NCBI GenBank assembly: GCA_002269645.1
Contig: NIVC01001408.1
Span: forward strand, 113,448 to 177,447
Direction of reading: 5' to 3'
DNA from: Macrostomum lignano
Lineage: Eukaryota
Length of the DNA: 64,000 nt
The first letter of the stretch is position 1; each line of letters opens with the position of its first letter. This document shows, piece by piece, positions 40,301 through 51,365 of the stretch. Made by a program: the position numbers and the translations under genes. Under the pieces are notes generated by a model. It was not told the origin of the DNA. It did no database searches and worked only from the letters and a program-made list of their open reading frames with translations.

Positions 40301-42032
40301 GGCCTTTATCTTATCGCTGACGTTAAGAGAATCGTCTTATTTGCTTATTTCAGTCAGTGGCCCATATAAAATGATAGAATTTGTTCGTGTAATTTCGCTA
40401 GAATAGTTCTCTCTCAGTTAAAGTTAAAAGTACAAGTGTACAATATTCCAAAAAGTTTCTCACTTAATAATGACCCTAAATCTTCAACTACCTATTTCAT
40501 TTTCAATATTCTACTGTTAGTAGAGTTTGGTATAGTAGAGTGTTATTTTTGGTTTATCAACAACGCGGCATGACTGAAACCTGGTGTATGTTAAGAATCG
40601 GAAATACCACCCAATTTTTTATTTCATAGAACAAATTTCAAGTGAGCATGGGCATGCATCCATATACTAAAAATGAAAATCTTGTATGTTTGTTTGTTTG
40701 GACGAAATTTTGAACTAAGATCGTGTACAGTACCGATTATCTGCATTTTAGCACTTAAAATTCAATCGGCGTTTAAAATAGCCGTACATAATTTAGTTTT
40801 TATACTATTTTTTACCAATTTTACCCTGAATTATTTATTACTATGCTTTATTCTTTTTATAGCAAAAAACAAGTGTTTAGCAGTTGTAGCTAGCAAAATA
40901 CTCACTAGAACTTTATTATCTTCCTGCTACTAACAGTGTTCATTTATTCTAATTGCATGCGGTAAATTTCCTTATTTTTATCATTTTATGCAGCAAATTG
41001 CTGAAGAGTTGGCAATCCCTATCGAGGACTTGGCGCATTATAAGTCCTTTCTAGAAGCTTTGCGCAGCATTGGCGAATCGCAGGCAACTTTGCCAGATGA
41101 ATCCATCGGTTTGTACTCTTCAGACGACTACATGTAGATGTGGTTACTGCAGAATCACACTTGAACATGCCGGCCGGCTGCGCCGTGTAAATTTTGGCAG
41201 GCGACTTATCGTTTTTTAAAGCTAATAAATACAATGTTGCTAAAAATTAAAACAGTCATAAATTGAACTGGCGCACAGTTTTGTTGATGTTTATTTTTAA
41301 CCAGTAGCTGTGCTGGCTGTGCACACTGGAAGTATATTTTTCTGCCATCGCAATTAAATAATTTTACATAACGGACCGCATAAAATAACCTAATTAAAGA
41401 ATTAACCGACTTCAAATCTAAAAAATGCAATAAAAAAGCTGTTAACACTACTTGAATAATTATCTTAACTTAACTTACCTAACTTATCTTCTAATCTTAT
41501 TTAGCACACTCGATGTAAACGCATCGCAATAATTCAATTTTTCTAACCAAAGGTTAATTTTGATTTTCAGACTAATTTTGCACAATTATTCATTAATTAT
41601 AAATACTAATTATGAAAACAAAAAGTCGGGCTTCTTTGTATGATCAGTTTAGTTAGAAACTTTGATGCTGTGCAATGGCTAGATTTAAATTGCGGAAAAA
41701 TTGTTCGTTGTTTTCGTAAGAGATTGTTTCGATCATTTTGGTTACTAAGTTTCTTTAATAGAAACTCTACAAACTCTATAGCAAATCTGGATCTTCTTGT
41801 TACTTCCGAGTAGCTGTTGTTACTTAAGATTTAGTTATCTTTATACTACTCGAATTGAAATTCAATATAATCGTTGATTTGTTTAACTTTTAAAATTTAA
41901 TTTGAAAATGGAATAAATATTTCATTTTAAGTAACGTCTGTTCGTTGCTTTCACTTGTTGCAGGAAATTGCTCTGCTGGATCTCAACTTTTTGGAGAGCC
42001 AATTGGCTGCCAAGCCGGCAACTGTGGTTTAA
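4357..42032 (+). CDS. PLCB4: Phosphoinositide phospholipase C beta (PLC-beta4/norpA type), 20 coding exons, about 1270 aa
   Basis: Hand-spliced GT-AG exons with consistent phases: 4357-4479, 7527-7607, 7711-7770, 15821-15958, 22455-22534, 22607-22742, 23067-23334, 24122-24426, 24862-24941, 25024-25108, 25201-25291, 26421-26815, 27657-27798, 29561-29645 (or 30941-31025), 31245-31421, 33651-34207, 35701-36160, 38714-38771, 39112-39534, 41964-42032. Total 3813 nt = 1270 aa + stop. Motifs: N-terminal [15 protein letters not shown]; X box [28 protein letters not shown]; Y box [26 protein letters not shown]; C2 [14 protein letters not shown]; coiled-coil CTD; C-terminal PATVV as in PLC-beta4. Confidence 0.97.
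4558..5990. repeat. 23-bp minisatellite (PLC intron 1)
   Basis: Unit ggatcccaaatccctcgattctt. Confidence 0.93.
6370..7115. repeat. Compound CAGA/CAGG microsatellite
   Basis: cagacaggcaggcagccacagaca mosaics. Confidence 0.9.
7940..8355 (+). repeat. 28-bp minisatellite, family shared with 55285-55538
   Basis: Unit gggccagcctcccagatcctcagttgct. Confidence 0.92.
9060..9660. repeat. 14-bp minisatellite
   Basis: Unit accagctaccccac. Confidence 0.9.
10296..10458 (+). repeat. Second copy of the dispersed about 150-bp repeat body
   Basis: ccccaaggcacagtgaagtgtacatgcc..gataaataaagttagggccgct..gcagtaatgcctctc shared with 13407-13552. Confidence 0.8.
11392..12600 (+). repeat. 25-bp minisatellite, left arm of a large inverted pair
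   Basis: Unit tttggcgccacctccgataatctaa. Confidence 0.93.
13268..13552 (+). mobile_element. Probable SINE-like dispersed repeat; body shared with 10296-10458
   Basis: B-box-like ggctcgattcc (13312-13322). Segment 13407-13552 is a near copy of 10296-10458. Confidence 0.5.
14418..15248 (-). repeat. 25-bp minisatellite, right (inverted) arm
   Basis: Unit ttagattatcggaggtggcgccaaa, reverse complement of the 11392-12600 unit. Confidence 0.93.
15990..16125. repeat. (CAGA)n microsatellite
   Basis: Direct reading. Confidence 0.9.
16700..18950. repeat. 15/30-bp pyrimidine-rich minisatellite
   Basis: Subunits accctctatctacct and accctctatctgcca. Confidence 0.92.
19227..19315. repeat. (CT)n microsatellite
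   Basis: Direct reading. Confidence 0.95.
19730..20991 (-). mobile_element. mariner (DD34D) DNA transposon in PLC intron 4, antisense
   Basis: 24-bp inverted repeat ggttgtcagaaaagttctgtgtat at 19730-19753 and 20962-20985, TA at 20990-20991. The left outer end is altered. About 1.26 kb. Confidence 0.93.
19823..20791 (-). CDS. mariner transposase (N-terminal start codon apparently lost)
   Basis: WVPHLL and YSPDLSPCD motifs, triad ACDETW / HDNAAPH / PCD with 34 residues between D2 and D3. Homology ([23 protein letters not shown]) extends about 25 codons upstream of the called Met without an in-frame ATG. Confidence 0.9.
   Translation of the reverse strand: MRQTIGEFCPSYETIRRWAIAICNGKEDLDDKPRSGRPTSARTDSLVSQVEAAVLQDRRLTTRQLADAIGVSHDSVHKILTEDLGMRKVCAKWVPHLLTDDQRARRVAMCASNLQRCRREGMAFLQRIVACDETWAHSWEAELKRQSAKWCRPDSPRPQKAIRSIGQLKVIHVTFFDREGLLFDQPVPVGQTVNGDFYLSVLVKVQRAIRDKRPALHAAGPILLHDNAAPHRKQSVLATKESWGWEILPHPPYSPDLSPCDFFLFPRIKESMRAQRFSAEEDVNRAYKAGIAAVTNNGMTAGIDGLVRRWEKCIEAEGSYFE
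21005..22350. repeat. 41-bp minisatellite
   Basis: Unit ccctccaccatcctgtgtctactctctccatccactgtcta. Confidence 0.94.
22760..22985. repeat. Degenerate about 24-bp repeat related to the 25-bp family
   Basis: cgccaaattaggcaattagtgagt versus ggcgccaaattagacaatcagtgg at about 14450. Confidence 0.7.
23355..23900. repeat. 20-bp minisatellite
   Basis: Unit taaatgtgtctatatggacc. Confidence 0.9.
25340..26360. repeat. 19-21-bp minisatellite
   Basis: Unit cctaatagaaatccccatt with length variants. Confidence 0.9.
26955..27625. repeat. About 18-bp C-rich minisatellite
   Basis: Unit cctcatcctcccccacac. Confidence 0.88.
28045..29480. repeat. 24-bp minisatellite
   Basis: Unit gagaatggcctcaaatcagtcatt. Confidence 0.93.
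29561..29645 (+). CDS. PLCB4: PLC exon 14a (Y box, (E)[27 protein letters not shown](N)), U12-type donor
   Basis: Acceptor ttcctaacaaacaatttcag, 85 nt, phase 1 to 2, donor GTATCCTTT at 29646-29654. Confidence 0.93.
30095..30770. repeat. 33-bp minisatellite between exons 14a and 14b
   Basis: Unit ttttccgcccctgtctccactatgctaatgggg, later merged into a longer composite unit. Confidence 0.9.
30941..31025 (+). CDS. PLCB4: PLC exon 14b, duplicated alternative Y-box exon ((E)[27 protein letters not shown](A)), U12-type donor
   Basis: Acceptor ttattctattttag, 85 nt, same phases as 14a, 13 of 27 whole codons encode identical residues, donor GTATCCTTT at 31026-31034. Confidence 0.9.
31200..31208 (+). 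other. U12-type (minor spliceosome) branch point upstream of PLC exon 15
   Basis: TTCCTTAAC matches the U12 branch consensus. No polypyrimidine tract follows, and the first downstream AG (31243-31244) is the frame-correct acceptor. Confidence 0.85.
31452..31640. repeat. (TAG/CAG)n, left part
   Basis: Direct reading. Confidence 0.85.
31662..31947 (+). mobile_element. tRNA-derived SINE with CORE-like central domain
   Basis: A box tagcctagtgg, B box ggttcgattc (31713-31722), then ctgtccttgagcaagacacttaac..cagctgtaaaatggg resembling the CORE (MIR-type) domain. Confidence 0.75.
31950..33275 (-). mobile_element. IS630-Tc1-mariner DD37E transposon, full length, in PLC intron 15
   Basis: Perfect 27-bp TIRs ctgggtgattggtaaaaatctggacat (31950-31976; reverse complement 33249-33275), TA duplication at 31948-31949 and 33276-33277, 1326 bp. 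Confidence 0.96.
32066..33157 (-). CDS. DD37E transposase, uninterrupted ORF
   Basis: Paired-like HTH N-terminus ([19 protein letters not shown]), [30 protein letters not shown], 37 residues between D2 and E. Confidence 0.93.
   Translation of the reverse strand: MFFSLVCPVTSEMQSLNEEQRRKLVVQYKIEHPGLSNNAIAKYFAELGVPRSTIYGILDRYSATGEDSVLRKEGSGRPATKVTATLMEKMSNDARTGLSQREIARKYDISQPYVNEILKKQGLSAYKKEKVPFVSFEQKERQRVRIDRLYRAVLAGDDGGLDIVMDDESYFSLSSNVIPGNRFYYATARGDAPDEVRCSPSKKFEAKVLVWLAISKKGMSKVFFCHGSSMNKEIYIRECIHKRLLPFIKEQHADGNYLFWPDLASCHYARDVIDTFEEEGVNFVSKELNPPNVPQLRPIENFWGMLKQKVYHHNWTTDSLEQLENRIRYCLRQVDLHCVQEMMTNVKSGIRRARANGVGAVWQ
33297..33600. repeat. (TAG/CAG)n, right part
   Basis: Direct reading. 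Confidence 0.93.
34235..35625. repeat. 22-bp minisatellite
   Basis: Unit cttgagaatctcctcctaaacc. Confidence 0.92.
36228..36918. repeat. 40-bp minisatellite
   Basis: Unit tttagtatgagtcactctcacctgggctgtgtttatctgg, no spacers. Confidence 0.94.
37319..37480 (+). CDS. Candidate frame-preserving cassette exon of PLC (CTD linker)
   Basis: ttttgcag acceptor, 162 nt, phase 2-2, open in the frame set by exon 17, GC-richer than the intron. The donor (CG|gtccga) is weak. Confidence 0.4.
37692..37985. repeat. Telomere-like (CCCTAA-containing) interstitial repeat
   Basis: ccctaaccctagacatag and aaccctagacat variants. Confidence 0.75.
40994..41137 (+). CDS. Candidate alternative terminal exon of PLC ([47 protein letters not shown])
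   Basis: cattttatgcag acceptor, phase 0 matching exon 19, 47 open codons then TAG, aataaa hexamers downstream (about 41224 and 41429). Confidence 0.5.
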   Translation, partial: QIAEELAIPIEDLAHYKSFLEALRSIGESQATLPDESIGLYSSDDYM

Positions 42033-44399
42033 AAACTGACGATTTCGAATGCATTGATGATCATATTGATCAATAACTTATTGCTAGTCGTCTGTAAATT
42101 TTCAGATCATAATTAAATATGCAATAAAAACTAAGTTATTCTTGTGGCTTTCTTCATATAATTATCAAGTGTTGACGGTAACTGCAGACATGCCATGCAA
42201 ATATTATATAAATAATAAGTATTGCGACTTTTTCGGCCTATATTTTCTCTATAGTTTATTAATAAGCTTCTGTCTGCCCTTCTACCTATTTTAAGTAGCT
42301 ATTTTGTTATTTCGTAGAATAATTTTGTATACTATTCGGCTTTTAGAAGTATGTATATTATTTAGTACCTCGCATGACCTAATACCTTTTATTTATACAC
42401 TTATATAATGATTTGTTATGCAGGACTCAGGAGCATGACAAACAAATTAACTTTCGAAACGTAATGCCCTTATAACAATATATGACTCAATTACTCAGTA
42501 GTCATGACAACCGATGCTTGTTATTTCTAGGTGACATTCCCTTTTTCGTATTTCAATTATTTCTAGAAATTTTGTGTAGTGCTTGCTTCCATACCAACCA
42601 TCTTCGGACTGTGGGTGATGTAGACTTTACGGGCACATGTTTCATATAGTACCGTTTTAAATATGCAACTGTTCTCTGGAAGTTAACGAGTTAACGTAGC
42701 ATTTATTAAAACAAAAGCTAAGCAGTTTCGTGTTCACGAAAAACCGTCAGATTTGATTAAGTAAATTAAAAAATGTAAGCATTTTCTAGTAATAAAAACG
42801 TATTTGTACGACATAATCAAAATTTGATTTTAATATAGCATAGTTTATTCACATTTATTTGCCCGTGTATTTATTAAGTGTCGTTTGTAACAATATTTCA
42901 GTAAAGTAAATAAAGTGGGTTTTCATAACTATAATGGCTTAAGGAGAAAATATTTATATTTTTGCCATTGTCTACTAAGTTACTTTGATATAATTAAAAA
43001 TAGGTGGGTTTAATTAATATAGCTTTCACTCAATCGAGCATCTTTCGTTGTTGCGCATTAACATAAGTAAACTCGTTCTTGTTATAATTAGCAAATTGGT
43101 AAAGCCGGCATTTTCTAGCTGACGTTGTACAATTGCATACGAAATACATTTCTAACCGCTTGCGTCCCATTCCCTGTCGCGCTTGAGGACCGCAGTTTTT
43201 CTGTTGCGTTTTATAGTTTTAATATCTGTCCCATGAAGTTACAATAATTGCAACAGTGTTATCAAAAATATATGCTATTTGATTTTTCAATAAAGTTGTT
43301 TTAATGATTTTCGACAGTCTGAACATACAAATATATGCTGTTAACTTTGTGTTTGTATAGCACCAGAAATGTGTATATCATTGTGGATACAAATCAAATT
43401 ATTTTTAGTTTATCTGCTCTCCCTATGCAATACATATGCTAATTTGTAAGTGATTTCATTTACTTTGGCTTCAAAGTTCTATGCAAGATGACTATAATTA
43501 CCTGCAAAAATGAGACACTGATTACCATTGCTTCCTTTTGCAAACCATAAATAACGCCCAATGCCGCACATGAAACTACTAACAGCGCTTCTCTCGTGCA
43601 AGTAGTATGTATCGAATGTTTATTCCTATTTTTGTCCAGTTCTATATTTATTGTCTTGTATTTATTGTTGTGCATACTTTGCGCGTTAAAGAGCGTTGAA
43701 ATATTTGCATCTGCTGATTCGATTTCAATGTATTTAATTCGTGAAATGTGCAATCTAATTAGGAGCACGTTTTATTTCCTATGCACATTATTTAGTTAGC
43801 TGAGAAAATATTTGACTGTTGCACACAATTTTCATAAATGTGCCGCGATTTGTATATAGAAGTTTTTTTGAGCAGAATGTTCATTTAAATGCTGACTATG
43901 AAAATGTATTTGTGCGGATACACATATATGTGCATATTTTTTGAGAAAGAAATGTTCTTTTAAACAGTTTGCCCATGTCACTCAGCCTGCTAAGTACGAA
44001 AGTAGGTTCGTTGCTGTTGCTTTACACAAAAATAATTTATTTTATTTATATTGAAAATGATGTGTACTTGAAAATTTAACATTGAATCGCAACAAATAAA
44101 TGCTTGTCTGTGTTAAAATTTGGGCTCCAATTGTATCACAGAAAAAAATCAATAATTAACTATATTCAAATTCAGAATCAACTTGCAATTGGTTTTTTGG
44201 AGTCTTCATATATGAGCGGTCACGGGCTTAGCACTCCAGTTAGAAACCTCGTAGATCACGGTTTGTTTCAATTGAATTGAAATGTTAATCATTAGCAGTA
44301 CAGCTACCAAGAGAGTGAATACAACACAGGCACACAAAATTCAAGAACACGTACGGACTAATTAAATTTTTGTTGCGCACCTTCTCAAACAAGAAAGAA

Positions 44400-45350
44400 T
44401 CAATTGTCGCCAGCCCACCGGACCGTCAAGATATTCGACGATTCTGCCGGAAAGTCAGATTTTTCCCATGAGCGCTAGTGTGTTTAATACACCAGGACCG
44501 CCTCAGTGCGGCCTTGCCAAGCCTCATACAGATTTCATCACCACGTCGACCACATGTGTCTGCATCAGCTCTGACTTCGTTGGTCACTGCATGGCCTTCA
44601 CCCAGGCAGAGATTCGATCCAGTTGTTGACGCTTGCCCACTGTAGAGGCTTGATCAGATACATCAGCGAAATTCGCAAAAGTGTGTCCAAAGTCACCCAT
44701 GGTGCCTCTTGTTGAAGGTCCAAGAAGTGTTGATAAATATTACACAGAACTCTACGTACAGATCTGTTCAAAATTTTTACTATTTTAAACGCTCGACAAC
44801 TCTTTGCTTGCGTTTGAGAGCAGCTAGTCGCGTATTACTGGTATCACTAGTATTACTAATATTTGTACATGTATACAAGTACAACTACACAGTAGTTTTG
44901 TCTATGGTGAAACGCTACGATGATACTTTCTTCCTGTCTTCAATACAGTATTACATGTATAATCCGTCTTATCATGGTTGGCTTTATAATCGGGCGTGGC
45001 TTCCATGAGCTCAACATTGCTGTAAGGGAGCTGGTGTACATGTAAGCTCCCTAGCTGCAGTCGCCCCTTGAGCCCCGCCCAAAATATTTCTGATCATACA
45101 TGTGCCTGTATATAGAGGCTTTGCAGTCAGTGCGCATACATGCCCAGGTGTTTGTAATAAAGGCTATTAAGCATCCCATGCGCTGCCCGAATGCTCCAAT
45201 ACATGTACGTAATGGATATCGTTGTCAGATTATCCTGGACAAAAGGCAGGTGTTTGTCACTAGTGTTTTAGCTGTATTAAAGCTATCCATTCAGGCATCC
45301 CACGCATTCTGTACCCGCCCATCCCTGCATTTACCTGTATAGATTCGGGC
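44400..45350 (-). pseudogene. Possible degenerate Ty3/Gypsy pol remnant
   Basis: Stop-interrupted minus-strand fragments DSFNTAKTLVTNTCLL (RT-RNaseH connection-like) and LDRISAWVKAM (integrase DRFTRWxEA-like) in Gypsy order. Weak. Confidence 0.3.
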
Positions 45351-45661
45351 TCGCATGTATAACTAGGTGTCCTGTGCATACTTTAGCTTTATGCAGAGTA
45401 GCTGACCACGCCCTTTACAGCCTGAGCAGTGAGCCTGGGGAGGAGGCCAATCTACAGCTCGTAGGTTGTTGGGAGCGATCACGCAGTCCCTTTGAAGACT
45501 AGACGAGGTAGAGGAAGACGAGAGGACAGATTTCGGGCGTAACGGGATGGGGAAGAGCAGACTGTTGATTAGGGCGTCTCCGAAAGCTCCAATTTCGGGG
45601 ATTAACGAACTGGCCGGGGATGGAACAAGATGAGACTCATCTGGGAAATGAAATATGTCTT

Positions 45662-46498
<837 letters not shown>

Positions 46499-47179
46499 AT
46501 ATCAATCGCTGCCCTACAGACAGTCGCACATGCATGCAGTGCAAGAGTCATTCAGTTTTGCCATGCAGCTTCGCAACCCGCTGTGCTATTCTGGCAATAG
46601 CGAGTTGAATTCCATGAAAAAAGGTGTACACTGCAGAGAGAAGGAGACAGGGCAGTCTGCAAGGCGGTTATTAAGTGTTTGCTGCAGTGTGTATAATAAA
46701 TACGTGTTTGCTGAGCAAGAAAAAAGTGAGAGTTTGATAAAAAAAGTATGCTGCGTGCGGTCGAGTTTGAGCCGTGAGTTGCAACTCATCTCCAATCCAT
46801 TGGCGCCAAAAAGCCAGCAAGCATTCATTATTTGAATAGAAACAAATTCATATTGTATTTTGGCGTGTTGAGTCTGCATAGACGAAAGCTAAAATGGGTT
46901 AACACAATGTCTATTATATTATTGTGTGCGTGTATGGGTGACTATTGCTGTCGCTCAGCACCTGGTGTGTCAAATTAATGCATCTTATGCAGCTGCATAA
47001 AGGTGCGGCCTTGTAATTACCACAAGACAACTGCCTGAATGTGAAGAATGCATGCATGCTATGCACTGTGTTTTAGAGATTTGTACGAATTTGCGTCAGT
47101 TTTATTTTGTAATGCAGATTTAGACTTGTGTTTATGAGGCGCTTTGCTTTCAAATCGCCGCCATAAAAAGTTAGAGAGA

Positions 47180-47975
47180 GGCGCCCACCATGAGACAGGG
47201 GGCGCCCACCAAGAGACAGGAGCGCCCACCAAGAGACAGGGGCACCCCACCAAGGGACAGGAGCGCCCACCAAGGGACAGGAGCGCCCACCAAAGAACAG
47301 GAGCGCCCACCAAGGGACAGGAGCGCCCACCAAGGACAGGAGCGCCCTCCAAGGGACAGGAGCGCCCACCAAGGGACAGGAGCGCCCTCCAAGGGACAGG
47401 AGCGCCCACCAAGGGACAGGAGCGCCCTCCAAGGGACAGGAGCGCCCTCCAAGGGACAGGAGCGCCCACCAAGGGACAGGAGCGCCCACCAAGGGACAGG
47501 AGCGCCCACCAAGGGACAGGAGCGCCCACCAAGGACAGGAGCGCCCTCCAAGGGACAGGAGCGCCCACCAAGGGACAGGAGCGCCCACCAAGGGACAGGA
47601 GCGCCCACCAAGGGACAGGAGCGCCCACCAAGGGACAGGAGCGCCCTCCAAGGGACAGGAGCGCCCACCAAGGGACAGGAGCGCCCTCCAAGGGACAGGA
47701 GCGCCCACCAAGGGACAGGAGCGCCCACCAAGGGACAGGAGCGCCCACCAAGGGACAGGAGCGCCCACCAAGGACAGGAGCGCCCTCCAAGGGACAGGAG
47801 CGCCCACCAAGGACAGGAGCGCCCTCCAAGGGACAGGAGCGCCCACCAAGGGACAGGAGCGCCCTCCAAGGGACAGGAGCGCCCTCCAAGGGACAGGAGC
47901 GCCCACCAAGGGACAGGAGCGCCCACCAAGGACAGGAGCGCCCTCCAAGGGACAGGAGCGCCCACCAAGAGAGAC
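47180..47975. repeat. 20-bp GC-rich minisatellite
   Basis: Unit aagggacaggagcgcccacc. Confidence 0.93.
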
Positions 47976-49384
47976 AAATATTGGTTCCCCTAAAGGTTGC
48001 GGCCGCTCTTGTCAGCTGTCCGTGGCAGTCGATTTGGCATTTTTGTCAAATAATGTGCATTAAATTACATAAATTTGAAATCCCATCAAACGATAAGAGA
48101 GCTGGTAGTTGGGTCAGTTGGATAAATTGAAACTTATCAGCCGGTTGAATAATTGTAACAAACGATAAAAAAACTTTCTAATTATTAGAGAAATCTGATC
48201 CTGATTAAAGATTCTTAATTATATTCATCAAATTCAAGCTTCAGGTGCTCAGGTGGGATTAACCATTTTTTGATAGAAATTATTTGGTTTTTTAATCTTG
48301 CATACACAACATGGGCAGTCCGCCCTAAAGAAGTCGGAATTAAACTTAAAAAATCATTTTCAACTCTCTCTGAACCAAAGTACATTCATACAGTTACTAG
48401 ACACGAACAGGAATTAGCAATCAGTTTAATTAACTTCAATCAAAGCTCAAACGCGCTGAACCCGAGCCACTCCACTCACTGTATGCAGCATTGCTCTCGA
48501 TGGGATGTTTTTCTGCAAATGAAATGAAATCTGCCTTCCCAATTCTTCCCGCACCTGCAAACGCGCGCGAATCCATGCAGCCTCCTCCTCTCATCATCAT
48601 CAACGGATTGCATGGCAGTTCCGCTCGCTCAGTCAGCCTCTTTTTGTAAAACCGAGAGAGACGAGAGAGAGAGAGAAGAGAGGCAGGTACTGGGGATGCG
48701 CAATCGAATGTAGCCAGTGTACTCGAGGACTGGACCAAGGAGCCCCAAAATCAAAACCTGGAGTGATTCATTTCTAGACACTTCAGTCAGCCGCTAGTTG
48801 TCTAAAAAACAGGCTCTGTCCGAGCTCCAGGTTTTAGGTCCGGGCCTCCTTGGACGCTGAGGGCAGCAACACAGCAGCCAGTCAACCCCACCTCAGAGAG
48901 TGATGAGGCAGGTGGGGAAAGAGGTTTGCTCTCAGTATAAATTCAGTTCCAGCTTACATCCGATCTCGGCGACAGAGGAAATTGTTAATAGTTGTTGGAA
49001 CAATCGAAATATATATATGTAGAGTTGTAAAATTTCAAAGGTAAGCTGTAATTTTACTGTTGTGTGTTTGCACTTCTAACAATCGAAATTGCACAGACCG
49101 TTGGTGTTTCAACTGTTGGATAGAGCGTTGGTTGAAATTATTAATAATATTTTAATCAGCAGTTGAACCACTGACGCGTCTGAATTCGATAATCTGCGAG
49201 TTTTTTTGGTACAAACTGTTCTTTATATACTCGAGTTGGAAATTTTCCCTGATTGCAGTGTTGAAAAAATTTAGCTTAAATTTAATCACCTTTCAATTAT
49301 AGACTGAGGGGTGATCTTCTGAAAAACAATGCTCTATTATATATATTCCTTCGAAGTATATAGTATACGGTTGAGTAGAAAAGG

Positions 49385-50460
49385 TAGACGGTAGACAGGG
49401 TAGAATGTAGATAGGGTAGACAGTAGACAGGGTTGAATGTAGATAGGGTAGAGAGTAGACAGGGTAGAATGTAGATAGGGTAGACAGTAGACAGGGTAGA
49501 ATGTAGATAGGGTAGACAGTAGACAGGGTTGAATGTAGATAGGTTAGAGAGTAGACAGGGTAGAATGTAGATAGGGTAGACAGTAGACAGGGTAGAATGT
49601 AGATAGGGTAGACAGTAGACAGGGTAGAATGTAGATAGGGTAGACAGTAGACAGGGTAGAATGTAGATAGGTTAGAGAGTAGACAGGGTAGAATGTAGAT
49701 AGGGTAGACAGTAGACAGGGTTGAATGTAGATAGGGTAGACAGTAGACAGGGTTGAATGTAGATAGGGTAGACAGTAGACAGGGTAGAATGTAGATAGGT
49801 TAGAGAGTAGACAGGGTAGAATGTAGATAGGTTAGAGAGTAGACAGGGTAGAATGTAGATAGGGTAGACAGTAGACAGGGTTGAATGTAGATAGGGTAGA
49901 CAGTAGACAGGGTTGAATGTAGATAGGGTAGACAGTAGACAGGGTTGAATGTAGATAGGGTAGACAGTAGACAGGGTAGAATGTAGATAGGGTAGACAGT
50001 AGACAGGGTTGAATGTAGATAGGGTAGACAGTAGACAGGGTTGAATGTAGATAGGGTAGACAGTAGACAGGGTAGAATGTAGATAGGGTAGAGAGTAGAC
50101 AGGGTAGAATGTAGATAGGTTAGAGAGTAGACAGGGTAGAATGTAAGGGTAGACAGTAGACAGTGTAGAATGTAGATAGGGTAGAGAGTAGACAGGGTGG
50201 AGTGCAGATAGGTAGGGTAGATAGGGTAGATAGTGTAGTGTAGAGTGTAGATAAGGCAGAGAGTAGATAGGGTAGAGTGTAGATAGGGTGTAGCGTAGAT
50301 AGGGTAGAGAGTGGATAGGGTAGAGTGTAGATAGGGTGTAGCGTAGATAGGGTAGAGAGTGGATAGACCAGGTAGAATGCAGATATTGTACGAGTAGAGT
50401 AGATGGTGTCGAGAGTAGATAAGGCTGAGAGTAGATACGGCTGAGAGTAGATAAGTAGAG
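49385..50460. repeat. 32-bp purine-rich minisatellite
   Basis: Unit gtagatagggtagacagtagacagggtagaat. Confidence 0.92.
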
Positions 50461-50974
50461 GGCAGTAGGTGTAGAAGGTCAGAAGCAGTTACCAGTTACC
50501 CATTAAAGACCCCACATGCAGTTAAACCCTAAACAGAAAAAACTCAGTCAAAAGCAGTCATAAAATCAGTTTTATATCAATAAAAAACCTTTGTTCACAA
50601 AATAAGAAAATTAAATTAGCGGTGCTCATCATTATCCGTTAGCAACAATATTTATTAAATAGGTTAACAGTAGTTCAATAAGAAACAAGAGCTGCTTACT
50701 GCATTAACACTGACATTAGCATCTTTCCACGAAAAAACCACACTCATCCTATTGTACTCACTAGCGCAAATTGCTACTAACTAAGTAGCACAAATAGGAA
50801 ATAGGTGCTTGTACGCCGCGTCAATCAGATAAATGTGCAGTTGAAATTTCTGTTATACATACAAATGTAATATTACCGTTTTCATTCCTACACTTTGCTA
50901 ATACGGCACAAAATCAATTGTGTTCAGCATTGCGATGAAGAGGGGCGACAAGAGGTGGATAAGGTGGAAAAGAG

Positions 50975-51365
50975 ATCGGGATGAGGTGGGGAAGAAATAG
51001 GGAGGATGTAGGGATGAGATGGGGAAGAGATGTGATGAGATAAGGATGAGATGAGGAAGAAATTTGATGAGATAGGACTGAGATTGGGAAGAGATGGGGA
51101 TAATATGGGAAAAGATGGGGATAAGATAGGAAGAGATGGGAAGAGATGGGATAAGATAGGAAGAGATGGGGAAGAGATGTGATAAGATAAGGATGAGATG
51201 GGGAAGAAATGTGATGAGATAGGGGTGAGATGGGAAGAGATGGGGATAAGATGGGAAGAGATGGGAAGAGATGGGGAAGAGATGGGAAGAGATGGGGATA
51301 AGATGGGAAGAGATGGGAAGAGATGGGAAGAGATGGGGATAAGATGGGGAAGAGATTGGGATGAG
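50975..51365. repeat. Purine-rich low-complexity repeat
   Basis: gggaagagatg and gggataagat mosaics. Confidence 0.85.

Noticed and set aside
44400-44700. TGA recoding (Trp or Sec) or a mitochondrial insertion
   Set aside because: TGG codons occur in the same frame, there is no mitochondrial gene similarity and no SECIS evidence; mutational decay is simpler.
48900-49046. First exon of an additional + strand gene (aag|gtaagc donor at 49041)
   Set aside because: No downstream + strand coding exons were recognised in the window; a single donor match is insufficient.
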